This document shows, one piece after another, positions 38,011-50,390 of a DNA stretch of 64,000 nucleotides (positions are counted from its first letter, which is position 1; every line of letters begins with the position of its first letter). The stretch is from Eledone cirrhosa (taxonomy: Eukaryota), in the NCBI GenBank assembly GCA_964016885.1, contig OZ024743.1, positions 162,750,001 to 162,814,000 on the forward strand, written 5' to 3'. The position numbers and the translations under genes are program-made. The notes beneath the pieces were generated by a model. That model did no database searches. It saw nothing but the letters and a program-made list of their open reading frames with translations, and had not been told where the DNA came from.

Positions 38011-38812
38011 GTATGCAACTTGGATTTTTTTTAAGATCTTCATCCTTCTCACTATTATTAAAATTCTTCTTTTATTTAGATGTAATTTTCAAAATAAAGT
38101 CTACTTACAACCTATACATCTGTGATTCCGATTCTAGACAAGTGATCTTTGGTTTCTATTTTTTTGAGATCAATAAGATATTTACTACAGAAAGGAGGTA
38201 TAGCTTGAATGAACTTTAATCTTCTCAGAACACCTAGGTAATACTAGCCATGTCTATCCAAAGGAAATACACATTTCATTATATCAATACCACATAAATT
38301 GGGATAAGTCCCTAATCTATGAACCAGCATAGCTCTGAAACATGATATTCTATTTCTTAACAGCTCAGGCCTTTAATATAGTCATAATAGTTGAATAGAT
38401 AGTGTTGATGAGAATAAGTTTAGCTGAATACTAAGATGCTTATGTCATATACAATCTTCATCTTCCGATCCAATAAAATATCCTTCATTTGGTAAGGCAA
38501 CAACAGAAATATTCAAATTTTAATTACTAGCTTGTATACTTTAGTTAGGATAAGAAAACATACTCTTAAAAAGAAAAGTTTACCTCTTCAGGTCTCATGT
38601 ATAGATATAGCAATAGTTCAATTCCATATAGTCACACTCTTAAATATGTACATAATTTGTTAGTGCCAACATTAGGCTCACTCCATGCTTACTTTCTTGA
38701 ACTGATGAAAAGAATTTAAGTAGCCTGTTGTTTGTAAAGTGTTTTTTGTCTCATACTCTTGTTTCTTTGTAACTACTTCAATTTTATTTATATAGTAAAC
38801 AATTACGTTATA

Positions 38813-39595
38813 CCCTCTGACCTAGCTAATTGTATACCACCTTAATCTCAGCCCATCCCCTCTCTCTGAACTAGCTAATTGTATACCACCTCTATCTCAG
38901 CTTCCCCCTCCCTCTGAACTAGCTAATTGTATACCACCTTAATCTCAGCCCACCCCCTCCCTCTGAACTAGCTAATTGTATACCACCTCTATCTCAGCCT
39001 AACTAGCTAATTGTATACCACCTCTATCTCAGCCTACCCACCTCTGAACTAGCTAATTGTATACCACCTCTATCTCAGCCTACCCACATCTGAACTAGCT
39101 AATTGTATACCACCTCTATCTCAGCCTACCCACCTCTGAACTAGCTAATTGTATACCACCTCTATCTCAGCCTACCCACCTCTGAACTAGCTAATTGTAT
39201 ACCACTTCTATCTCAGCCTACCCACCTCTGAACTAGCTAATTGTATACCACCTCTATCTCAGCCCACCCCCTCTCTCTGAACTAGCTAATTGTATACCAC
39301 CTCTATCTCAGCCCACCCCCTCTCTCTGAACTAGCTAATTGTATACCACCTCTATCTCAGCCTAACTAGCTAATTGTATACCACCTCTATCTCAGCCTAC
39401 CCACCTCTGAACTAGCTAATTGTATACCACCTCTATCTCAGCCTACCCACCTATGAACTAGCTAATTGTATACCACCTCTATCTCAGCCTACCCACCTCT
39501 GAACTAGCTAATTGTATACCACCTCTATCTCAGCCTACCCACCTCTGATCTAGCTAATTGTATACCACATCTATCCCAGCTTCCTCCTCCCTCTA
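38813..39595. repeat. Minisatellite, 17 units of 35-49 bp
   Basis: Core ctctgaactagctaattgtataccacctctatctcagcctacccac. Confidence 0.95.
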
Positions 39596-42134
39596 TATTA
39601 CTATTACACATCCAACGGAGCATGCATGCTTCATTCCTTTCCAGTCTGCGCAGGTCCTTTGCACGGAATGCCCATGTCTCACTGCTATGTAGCATTGTCG
39701 TTCATATGCAGGCATCATGCAATCTGCCTTTCATTTTTAGAGAGAAACCTTTTGTGACCAACAGTGGTATAAGCTCTCTGAACTTTTTCTATCCCGTTCT
39801 GCCTCTGGCTACTGTACTTTGAGAGCACCCTCCACCACTGCTGATTTTGTCACCCACGTAACGTAAAGTGTCCACTATTTCTACAGAACTATCTGGGCAA
39901 TAGAAGGAGCTAGTATCCTGTGGGCATTTGCTACTTATTGCACCTGAGCATCGGTCACATATAAAATCTACGTTCTTAGATAGTTTACCTGTGATCCCAC
40001 TACATCTTTTATGTACCCATAGTTTGCATTTGGGACATAAAATGGAATTTCTACCTACACCTTTCCTACACACTGAGCATGGCCATTTCCCAGAGGGCAC
40101 CTGTGCCATATTTTCTACATACTAGAACTTTAGTCTTAGACAAGTTAACTTTAAGGCCTTTTGATTCTTGGCCATGCTTCCATGTTTGGAATTTCTTCTC
40201 TAGTTCAGCCATAGATTCAGCTATGAGAGTTAGATCATCTGCGTATAGGAGTTCCGATGGGCAGCCGGTCTTAAACTCCTCAGTTATAGCCTGAAGGGCA
40301 ATAATAAATAGGAGGGGGCTAAGGACAGAGCCTTGATGAACACCAACTTTTACACTAAATTCTTCACTATATTCATTGTTAATTCTAACCTTACTGACTG
40401 TTTCTTTATACATGGCTTGTATAGCTCTCACAAGCCATTCATCTACACCTAGTTTTCTAAGAGCTCACTAGATAATGGAGCGGGGGACTCTGTCAAAGGC
40501 TTTCTCCAGGTCTACAAAAGCTAAGTAGGGTGGTTTACTTTTAGCTAGGTACTTCTCCTGTAGCTGTCGTACAAGGAAAAGAGCGTCTGTGGTACTTTTA
40601 CCAGACACAAACCCAAACTGCATTTCATCTAGATCAATTCGCTCTCTGATTAGTTGCGCTATATCTCTTTCTGTGACCTTCATGACCTGGTCAATTAATT
40701 TAATGCCTCTATAGTTTCCCCTATCTAGGGCATCTCCTTTACTCTTGTAGCAATTAATGATGATGCTGCTACGACAGTCTTTTGATATGACCCCATTCTG
40801 TATTACTTGGTTTACTAGACGGGTTACCATAGTATGTCCCACCATTCCAGATGCCTTCGACATCTCAGCAACTATCTCCGAAGGCCCAGCTGCTTTGCCT
40901 GTCTTCATATCTTTGATTGCCTTACTTATTATACTACCTTTAACTTGCACCGCTGGTCCTTCTATTGGATCGATTTGGGGCAGACTATCTTTTTCCCATT
41001 TATTCTCCTCATTTAATAGTCTCTCGTAGTGACACTTCCAAGCTACCGTCTTATCAGCATCAGTGAGGGCAAGTACACCATTATCCTTACAGACACACTT
41101 CTCCCCGACAATATCATGGTTTTCTTTGACACATTGTCTAGCAATCCTGAACACCTCACGTTTTTGGTCCTCACATTGTATAACATGCTTGAACGTTCTA
41201 TCCTCTGCTTCCCTTTTTGCAAGGTACACTTGTCTCCTAGCTTCTCTCCTGGCCACTTGATAGTGTTCTCTACTTCCCCCATACTTTCCAAGCCTACTTT
41301 TTGGCCTTGATTGTCTCCTCCACCTTACTGTTCCACCACCAAGTTACTCTCCTCCTGCCTATAGGTCTGCTCCAGCTACAGATTTCATCCGTCGCTTTCA
41401 GCAGGTTCAGTTTCAAGAATTCCCACTGTTCCTCTATATTGGACGTCTCTAATTGCTCTTCCTTATTGTCAAAGGCATCGAGTAATAAGCATTTAAATTT
41501 GTCACTTGTTATGGGGTCCTTCAACTTCCATATTCTTCTCCTCAAGGTAGTCCTCCTCTGTCGTCGAGTACGTCTATTCCTGACTATGAGGTCACTAACT
41601 ACTAGGCTATGTTGGGAGGTGCATTCTTCATGGGGGAGGGATTTAGTGTTTACAACAGACATTCTGTCTCGTCTTCTAGTAAGGATATAATCTATCTGGC
41701 TGGCGTATTCCCCTGATCTATAGGTGATCAGGTGGTTTTTCTTGTTTTTTGAAGTTTGTGTAACAGATAGTTAGGTTATTAGCATCACATAATTCCAGGA
41801 TTCTGAAACCTTCCTCATTTTTATTTCCAAACCCATAGCCTCCATGGATCCTTCCATCATAGCCATCACTATGTTGTCCAATGTGACCATTTAGGTCGCC
41901 AGCAATAATTAAGTAGTCGCTGTCGGTTATTTGGGAGATAGTGTGCATTAGTGACTCATAGAACCTGTTTTTTATAACGTCAGGTAGACCAGATTAGGGT
42001 GCATAAGCGGATATTATTGTCACAGTAGTTCTATTTAGAACTAGTCTTATTTTGATTATTCTGTCATTCACTCTATTTACGTCAATTACCTTATCTACCC
42101 ATTTTTCAGCTAACATAATTCCTACACCACCCAG
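39596..42134 (-). mobile_element. RTE LINE truncated at both ends, antisense in an RNF212 intron
   Basis: Endonuclease (AGDLN, QIDYIL), RT (FVDLEKAFD, LYADD) and PHD motifs; close relative of the copies at 12660 and 59240. Confidence 0.95.
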
Positions 42135-42969
42135 TCTCTGATATATCTCTAAATCCCTCGATCACACTGTCTATCCTAGCCAGCTAAAATTGGGTAATAA
42201 ATGTATTTCTTATTAGTGTGACATCAACTACATTATTAGCAGTTCTAATTCTGCTGGGCTAACTTAATTTTATCCATATTCTCTAACAGTTAAAATAGCA
42301 TAGCTGCTACAAAAGATTCATGGTCATGGAGGATGCCATGCTATTAGACCCTGATCTAAAATAGTGTACACCTGTCTCTCTCAACATTAAAAGGAATTAT
42401 ATACAATATCCCTATGATTGACCAACATACTTAATGTCAATGAATGAGTATTAAACAAACATATTAATGCCTTTGGTGAAAGACTATTTTTGATAGTGAA
42501 AATTGTGTGTAGGTAATGCATTAGCTCTTTTAATACCAATCTATCTGAAATTACCCCTGGTCTTATGGTACAAAGCTTCTCATTTTTAGAATGTTCTAAG
42601 TTAAATTTAAAACTGTCTATCATAATTTTATATTCCCATCATAAGCTTAATGAAAATATCATTTATTTTGCTAAATCCATACAAATTCTTGAATATTTTC
42701 AAAGTTAATTGAAAAACATCAGAAATGTGATCACAAAAGGATTAAAAGATCAAAGGCATAGCTTGCTTGAAAATCTGCTTTCTTTGTTAAGGAAGTAAAA
42801 TAATACATGAGAATGTTTGGCAGCTGAAGTCAACTTTATTTTTCATTCTACTGAGAATAATATGATGACAGCATACTTGAAAAGTCAAGAAATTTTCTCC
42901 TTCTATTAAACAAATTTGAGTCATTTGTTTGTTTTCTTGCATGATTCTGTAAAATAGCTGTGAGTTTAA

Positions 42970-43133
42970 CCCTTTAGCATTCACATTATTCTATATATAT
43001 ACTATTATATTTTCATGGTAAAGGCATTACCTCGCATAATTATCTCACATAATATTGAATCTATGAGCGACCAGTTACAGCCAGTTTCAACAGAAAGAGG
43101 TAGAGAATTCTGGCTGGTTTGAACACTAAAGGG
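42970..43133. mobile_element. piggyBac-like MITE
   Basis: TTAA|CCCTTTAGCATTCA...TGAACACTAAAGGG|TTAA. Confidence 0.8.
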
Positions 43134-43515
43134 TTAAGATGTTACTGGTTATATGCATGATATAAGCTGTTACATTGTTATTAGACAACTCAGATTGTTA
43201 TGCCTATTTCATTTTCCCTTCACAAATGAGTAACCAGTAATAGGAAGTGCATACTGTTGTAAAATCACTTACACTAAATAGTATGTTAAGTGCATATCTA
43301 TAAAATGCTGGCATTAAATATGACACACAATAAAATAAAATAAAATAAAAAATATTGCATTGTTCTAACTTACTGATCTAAAACATTAAATATTACTACT
43401 TTTATCTAGAAAGTTAGCTCTAAAATATGAATTAATTGTTATGTTAAAATAACTTTTCTTGAAATTAATATTTATACTGAGTTTTACATGTCATTTCTTT
43501 TTAAATTCTTTGCAG

Positions 43516-43577
43516 GGACAAGAGAAAACTGCAAAATGTGCAAAGCAGTGTGCAATAGTATTCTATTGACTGGAAAG
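43516..43577 (+). CDS. RNF212: RNF212-like coding exon 2 (completes the RING)
   Basis: ttgcag/gtttga; (G)TRENCKMCKAVCNSILLTGK, phase-compatible. Confidence 0.88.
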
Positions 43578-43784
43578 GTTTGAATGAAACTACAACATTC
43601 AGCAATATTTTCCTCCCTCTCCCCTCCTCCTCTAGTTGATTCAGTCTAGCAAAATAGCTACTATTACTCTCAGGTCTCGATTAATTGTCTTTGTTGTAGC
43701 TTGTAGAGATCCTCACTAATAGCATGCAAATTCCATATATATATGTTTAACCCCTTATAGATCTTATTTGTGATGGCTTTTCAG

Positions 43785-43859
43785 ATGAAACCTGATGTTG
43801 AGGTATTTTTTGGAGATCCATTTGATCTAATAAAGAAACAAAACAGACAACTGGTCCAG
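43785..43859 (+). CDS. RNF212: RNF212-like coding exon 3
   Basis: tttcag/gtaatt; MKPDVEVFFGDPFDLIKKQNRQLVQ. Confidence 0.85.
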
Positions 43860-44270
43860 GTAATTCTTTTTCAGATTCTAGTTACCACCATTTTTGATTT
43901 TTATAATTAGAATATAAATATATAATTTCTATAAAATTTCAACAATATACTTATCTCTTTTTTTTATATATCTTCATTGCCTTTAACTTTGATCATTAAT
44001 TTTCAACTAAGAACTTTTGTAAAAAAATCTAATTAGCTCTTGATATTCTATAATGATTTACCACAGCATATCTAAAAACGGATTTGTTAATTAAAATGCT
44101 TATAGAATATTGGATAGTGGACAAATTATTGTGAAATTTTGAAGTAAACTAAAGTTAAGACTTTAATATTTAATGTGATACAGTCATAATACTTGTTTCA
44201 TACTTTTCAAGAATGTTTTGTTAATGCGGTTTCAAGCAGTTTTACTTGATTTGTGAACACTATTTTATAG

Positions 44271-44327
44271 GTCTTTGAATTTCAAAAAAATCACAGACGA
44301 AGATTTATAAACTATCTAAAAGATAAG
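44271..44327 (+). CDS. RNF212: RNF212-like coding exon 4
   Basis: ttatag/gtgagt; VFEFQKNHRRRFINYLKDK, resembling the family EFQxxH motif. Confidence 0.87.
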
Positions 44328-44452
44328 GTGAGTAATTGTGACCATTCAAAAAATAAATTTTCTTTTTCTTGTATTATTATTATTTTTATTGCTATTCCTA
44401 TTAAAAGGCTGTAAATGGCATAATCATGATACAAATTACCTTGCAGTATTTA

Positions 44453-45091
44453 CTCTCGGATCTCGAATAATCGTCCCTCCTCCACCTACCCCGCTTATTA
44501 AATTTTACTGATCTATCTTCAGCAAAACTTTATTTTAAGTGGTAGCATTCCTGCAACAATTAATTTTCTTTAGACTATAAAAAACACTATACATCACAAA
44601 AAAAAAACATTACAAGAAATCTCATACGTCATAAAATAAATAGGATAGGTTGGGGTCTCAATATGTAAACTAAACAACTACTCTTGGGTCTCAAATAATA
44701 GGGTGGGTGGAAAAATTGGTAATTTTTCTTGGTTGTCTCCCTTGTTTTTTTTGTTTTTTTTTTAAACCAAAATTAGTACTTTATTGAGGCCCCCAAAACC
44801 TATCCTATCTAATTGATAACATATGAGATTTCTTTTGTTCTTATTTTGTCACGTATAACGTTTTTTAATGTCTAAAGAAACTTAATTGTTACAGGAATGC
44901 TGTCACTTAAAATAAAATTTCGCCTGAGATAGATTAGCAAAATTTAATAAGTTGGGGGAGGGGGGGGGGGCAATATTTCAGACACAAGAGTAATTTTTGG
45001 TTTTTGAAAAAGAATTAAGGGAGACAACTAGAAAAATTATCGATTTATTTTTTTTTTTCCAATTCCGCCTCTATTATTTGGAACCTGAGAG
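44453..45091. mobile_element. TA-target MITE containing an inverted copy of itself (inner copy 44681-44990)
   Basis: Both copies are bounded by TA|CTCT...AGAG|TA; the inner copy is the reverse complement of the joined outer halves. Confidence 0.8.
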
Positions 45092-45819
45092 TAATTATAT
45101 CCCATTATATTCTGTTGAGGACCTTGCCTTTCATTCTTCCTTGAGCTAGTCATTTATTCTAGTTTCATAGTGCAGATTAAATCAATGATAAATCATCCTC
45201 TGGACATCTTGATTAACTGCGATACAGCAATGTCATTCTTTAAATTACAAACATGTCAGCAATTGATCATCAAACGCCATTTCACCTTCACATCCTTATT
45301 AATGAGTAGAACTCTTATATATAGTTAAACATGTATAACTTTCTTGTCTTAATATCACTACCATAATTAACATTCTACTTTTCTACATCCATTATTTTCC
45401 TAATAGCAAAAGTTGAATTTTTTTTTTTTTTTCCAATTGGAATCTTTGTGCATCCATCCAATACCTCCCAGGACAAGCCTATCACCAGTTTTTATGGCTT
45501 GAAATGGAGACTGCAATATATTTTTCAAACAGACCCATCTACCTAAGCCCTGAACACATCCCTTGTTAACTCCCAAGAAGGACGATATGATACGGTTCTT
45601 TTTCTTACCTCTCACCATATTGCAATTTTGGTGGTCTTATTCACATCAGTCACCAATCTGGTACTTTTGCAAACCCATAAATTTTTGTAAATTACCATTT
45701 TATGAAGCAAGTGTTGATCTTATACAGTGAGAATTTAATTTTATGTACTTCATTATTTATAACACTCAAAACTCAATATCTCAGGCATATATAGTTCTGC
45801 TGGGATAGATTTAAAGTGA

Positions 45820-46657
45820 TTTGTCCCTACTGCTGCAAATGAGAATCAGTTGGCTGGAGTTTGCAGATGACATGGTGTTACTTAACTCAATAGAATGTGA
45901 TCTCTGACTTGCACTTGATAGATTAGATGCTGAGTGTTGCATGGCTGGAATGAAAATCAGTGCTGCGAAAACTGAGATACTCATCCTCTCGAGGAAGCCT
46001 GTGCAGTGCACTCTACATGTAAATGGAGTTCCACTGAACCAGGTGGGGAAGTTAAGGTATTCAGGGCCATGTTCATGAGTAATGGAAGGCAGGAGGCTGA
46101 ATTAAGTGCAAGAATTGCAAAAGTTGGTGCAGTAATGCACCAGCTTCAGTAATCAGAAGAAGGGAGGTAGGCATAAAAGCCAAACTCGCTATCTTTACTT
46201 CGGTTTTCGTGCCAACTCTTACCTATGATCCTGAATCTTGGGTAATGACCAAAAGAATACAAACATAAATACAAGCAGCTAAAATGGGGTTCCTCCAAAG
46301 GGTCTTTGGAGTAATGTTACTTGACAGAGTGCGTAGCTTGGAGATCAGATAGTCTCTCCAGGTAGAGCCGTTACTTCTCTGAATTGAGGTATCACAGCTC
46401 CGATACTATGGGCATGTGGTTAGAATGTTTAGGAAAGAATCGCTGGACAGATTTTATGGGCAAAACCATCCTGCAGGAGACCCAGGAGTAGGCCCCAAGC
46501 AAGGTGGTTGGATAACATCCATGAGCTTGGCTGGTCGCATTTGGGGATCCAGCTGGAACAGTTAGGGATGGCTGCTTCTGACAGGACCTGCTGGAAGGAG
46601 TGTTTGAGAACTCTGCCGCCACGATCCTCTCAAAAATAAGTGGGCAAAGAAGAAGAA
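45820..46657 (+). mobile_element. RTE-clade LINE 3' fragment (third family, (AAG)n tail)
   Basis: LEFADDMVLL, GMKISAAKTE and PTLTYDPESWVMT motifs. Confidence 0.8.
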
Positions 46658-46789
46658 TCAAAAGTAAATTAGATATGTTATCTCCAAACTCCAAACTGCT
46701 CGCTTTGACTGGAATAAAGCTGACTGCAACTCTTACTGCACCGAGTTACAATGTCCAAACTGGCTTGAATTTTATGACTCTGAAGATGT

Positions 46790-48790
46790 GAACACTATAC
46801 TACTTTAGAACATCCTGAACTCAATATGTGCAACATCAGTACCATGTAAGCACAAAAACATCACAAAAGTGCAATTTGAGAGACTGCAGCAGTCCGACTT
46901 GCCAGGAAAGAACATTGTAATGCTGAACAGGAATACAAACTACATAAATCAGATATCATTAGAAAAAAGCGCAATAAATCATCCAACCATCTCAGGCAGG
47001 TGAAGAAAAAGGCAGTGCTTGAATTTGGACAATGCATAGCAACCAACCCTGGCAGTAAAGAGTTCTGGAAATATGTATATTCAAAGCAGAAACCTCATTC
47101 TCCAGTTGGTTCTCTTCACAATCCCCGCACAAACCAGATTACTGACGATCCCAAAGAATGTGCAGAACTCATTACTGAATGCTATGCAGGCATTTTTACT
47201 GTTGAAAACCAAAACATACCATCTCCACCACTTCTGACATCAAATTGTATAACAACTGGCATTTACACCTGCAATACTGCGATGCCACCTTAAGAATAAG
47301 CGCAACTATGCCTCCGCTGGTCTTGATGGTGTTACATACCTGCTTCTCAAACGTGGCGGGTACTTCCTTTTGCACCAACTATCACTCTTCTTTCAATTCT
47401 GTCTTAACAACGGTGCTACTCCGGAACAGTGGAAAACTGCCAGTGTCATTCCTCTGTTCAAAAAGGGTGACTGCACGTTGCCTGTCAACTATTGTCCAGT
47501 CAGTCTTACTAGCTGCATTGCCAAACTGATGGAATCCTGTGTGATCAACTTATCGAGTTTCTTGAAGACATCACCCAGATCACTGATGGTGGCTCATGGG
47601 TGCATGTTGTTTACCTTGACTTTGCTAAAGCTTTCAATTCTGTGCCACACAAAATACTTATGACAAAACTCTCTGCAATGGGTGTGAGAGATGATCTTTT
47701 TAACTGGTTGAAGTCCTTCATTCTCACTTGAAAAGAGGTAATCACGGTTCTAGGACAGCATTCCTCACCATATGAGATGTTATCTGATGTACCACAGGGA
47801 TCTGTTCTTGGTCCCCTTTTGTTTTTTGCATATATTAATGACATAGATGCCAACTTAAAGAATGCCACAGTGCTGAAATATGCAGATGACATCAAGCTGC
47901 ACCTTGATATAAAAAGGAAAGATCCTGAACACTATAGATCTTTTCTCAATCAGACCTGGACACAATGCAGCAATGGATCATGGACTGGCAACTGAAGCTG
48001 GCTGTAGACAAGTGTACCACCATGCATTTTGGGAGGAAAAACTCAGCGTCCACATGCTCCCTCCTCAACACTAATATCAAGAAGTCTTCTTGTGAATGTG
48101 ACCTGGGCATTACTGTCAGCAGCGATTTGCGTTGGACAAAGCACGTCTCTAACATTGTCAAGAAGGCCGAGGGTGTCTTAGCATTACTCAGCAAGACCTT
48201 TGTTAGTCACTCTCCAGCTATCTATTTAAAGCTGTATATAGTTATGGTGCAGCCACACTTGCATCACCAGTCTGTAACCCCTATCTTGCTCAGAACATTG
48301 ATCTCCTGCAAACTGTTCAGAGATGTACAACCAAGCGAATACCCTCCATCAGGCATCTACCATACTCTGAATGCCTTGCTTCCCTGGGCATGGAAACATT
48401 GAAGCTCTGATTTCTGGCATCTGGCTTGGTAAACACCCACAAAATTATTAACCATCTTGCCAACAACAACCCGGAGCATCTTTTTGAATTCCATGTCTCT
48501 AACACCCATGGCTGTCAGAAAACAGCACAGCTCCCATGACTTTCGGAAACATTTTTTCACGCTCAGAGTTGCTGAAGCATGGAACAAACTACCTGCATCA
48601 GTTGTTAGCTGCCGGGGCACTGCATCCTTTAAAACCTCCATGCTTCCTGAGATTCTCCCTCCATAACCACGCACACATGTATATCATGACTCATACACTG
48701 TTCACTTTCTTGATATTTGTACATTATTCTATGTACTATACATGCACCTGAGCACTGTACACAATAATTTCATTATATTATTATATTATC
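46790..48790 (+). mobile_element. CR1-like LINE, 5'-truncated and decayed
   Basis: NYCPVSLTS, YLDFAKAF, VPQGSVLGPLLF and KYADDIKL motifs; (ATTAT)n tail. Confidence 0.9.
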
Positions 48791-48893
48791 TCCCAATAAG
48801 TCTCGGAGTAGAAAATTGGGTAATTACTACAGTAGTTTTATTGTGTAGTTACTACAAAGTAACTGGTAATTAATGGAATCATTTCTTTGTTAG

Positions 48894-48961
48894 GTGAACA
48901 AACAAAATGCTTACATCAAACAAATCAGTCAAGCTCTTCAGGTTAGACAAGAACTTCAGAA
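48894..48961 (+). CDS. RNF212: RNF212-like coding exon 5 (coiled coil)
   Basis: tgttag/gtatgt; VNKQNAYIKQISQALQVRQELQ(K); its phase-2 end fits the next exon. Confidence 0.75.
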
Positions 48962-49169
48962 GTATGTAACACTTGTTCTTTTGTACACATTTCTATATTT
49001 TACACAACTCTTTCCTTTTTTTAAGTTGTTAGAAAAAACATTAAAAGAAAAAATGGGGCAATAAATAAATAAAGAATTTGGGTGGATGACCCGCACTCTT
49101 AATCACATACCATACAAGGAACACTGGAGTTTCTCTAATAAATTTTGAAGTAAGCCAACTCACTCGCAG

Positions 49170-49385
49170 CATTGCTGTGGGTGATAGTGAGCAGTGGCAT
49201 TTGAGGGAGCTGGATCGCTTACAACAAAGTTCTTGTCATTGTTGGCGACTTGCCTTACAGCTGTAACAGATGATGCCCTTGGGGGTGCTTGGTTATTCCA
49301 GCAACTTGGTCTTACTGTCACCTGCAGCATTGCTATGAGTGTATTGGCTTGCCTCTCTAAGATTATTAGAGAGAAACTCTAGCAC
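49170..49385 (+). mobile_element. Probable CRE-clade (restriction-like endonuclease) non-LTR element C-terminal fragment
   Basis: KFLSLLATCLTAVTDDALGGAWLFQQLGLTVTCSIAMSVL resembles the FLxxLxxxLxxxTGDxxxxxFLFQRLSxAVQRGNAxxVL tail. Confidence 0.55.
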
Positions 49386-49789
49386 CCCATGTTGTAGCAT
49401 GTGATTGAATATGAGAACCCCCCTCCCCTTTATTTTTATTTTTACTATTGTATATCTACTTTTATTAGCTTACAAGTGAGATAGTCTTCACAAATTTGTG
49501 AAATTGTTTACACAACTGGATGATGTCTATACTTCTAACTACTCAACTATGAAGAAAGAGTGGAACCTGTTTGTGAACCAACTTAGAGAGAGCTAGGCTT
49601 CGGAATACAAAGCTGTTTTACATCTATAGTTGAGGATCCACTTCAGCCAAATAAGACTGGGTGCTGATATATAACTTAGTATAGCAAATTCAAGGTATAT
49701 GCTTTTAGATTTTTACTGTAGCCTTGCATTTTGATAGCAGTTGTGGGGGAGAACTTCTTATTACAAATTTCGAGTAATGACTGAAAGAA

Positions 49790-50170
49790 TACGATTGCAA
49801 ATACAAGCGGCTGAAATGCAGTTCCTTTGAAGGGTCTATGGAGTAACGTTACTCGATAGATTGTGTAGCTCAAGAGATCAGAGAATCACTCCAGGTAGAG
49901 CTGCTACTTCTCCGAATTGAGAGATCACAGCTCCGATACTATGGGCATGTGGTTAGAATGTCTCAAGAAAGAATCGCTGGACAGATTTTACGAGCAAAAC
50001 CAGGGGTCGACTTGGTGCAAGATGATTGAGTAACATCCATGAACTTGGCTGGTCATGCTTGGGGGTCCAGCTGGATCATTTGGAAATGGTTGCTTCTGAC
50101 AGAAATGCTAGGAGTGTTTGAGGACTCTGCCTCCAAAACCCTCTCAGAAATAAGTGGGTGAAAAGAAGCA
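49790..50170 (+). mobile_element. RTE-clade LINE 3' fragment (same family as 45820)
   Basis: RIERSQLRYYGHVVRM motif; aagtgggtgaaaagaag end. Confidence 0.78.
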
Positions 50171-50390
50171 GCAGCATTACATTCTGTTCTTGAGAAAGGC
50201 AATTAATTATATTTATCCATCTGCAAAATATATACCATATTGGAAGTTAATCAACATTAGCCTATCACTCTATATGAAAGTTGGGTGGGGTGGCAAATTT
50301 GACTCCTGTCTTGTTGAAGTTTATAAAACCAGAGATGTATGAATATTCACGGGTTGTATTCAAATTTTTTTAACAAACTACAACTCCAGT

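Noticed and set aside
37818-38219. 133-aa single-exon ORF as listed in the ORF track
   Set aside because: Only 37902-38010 resembles RNF212; the rest is read-through across splice sites
38813-39595. CRISPR-like regular repeat array
   Set aside because: No unique spacers, no cas genes and a eukaryotic intronic context; it is a minisatellite
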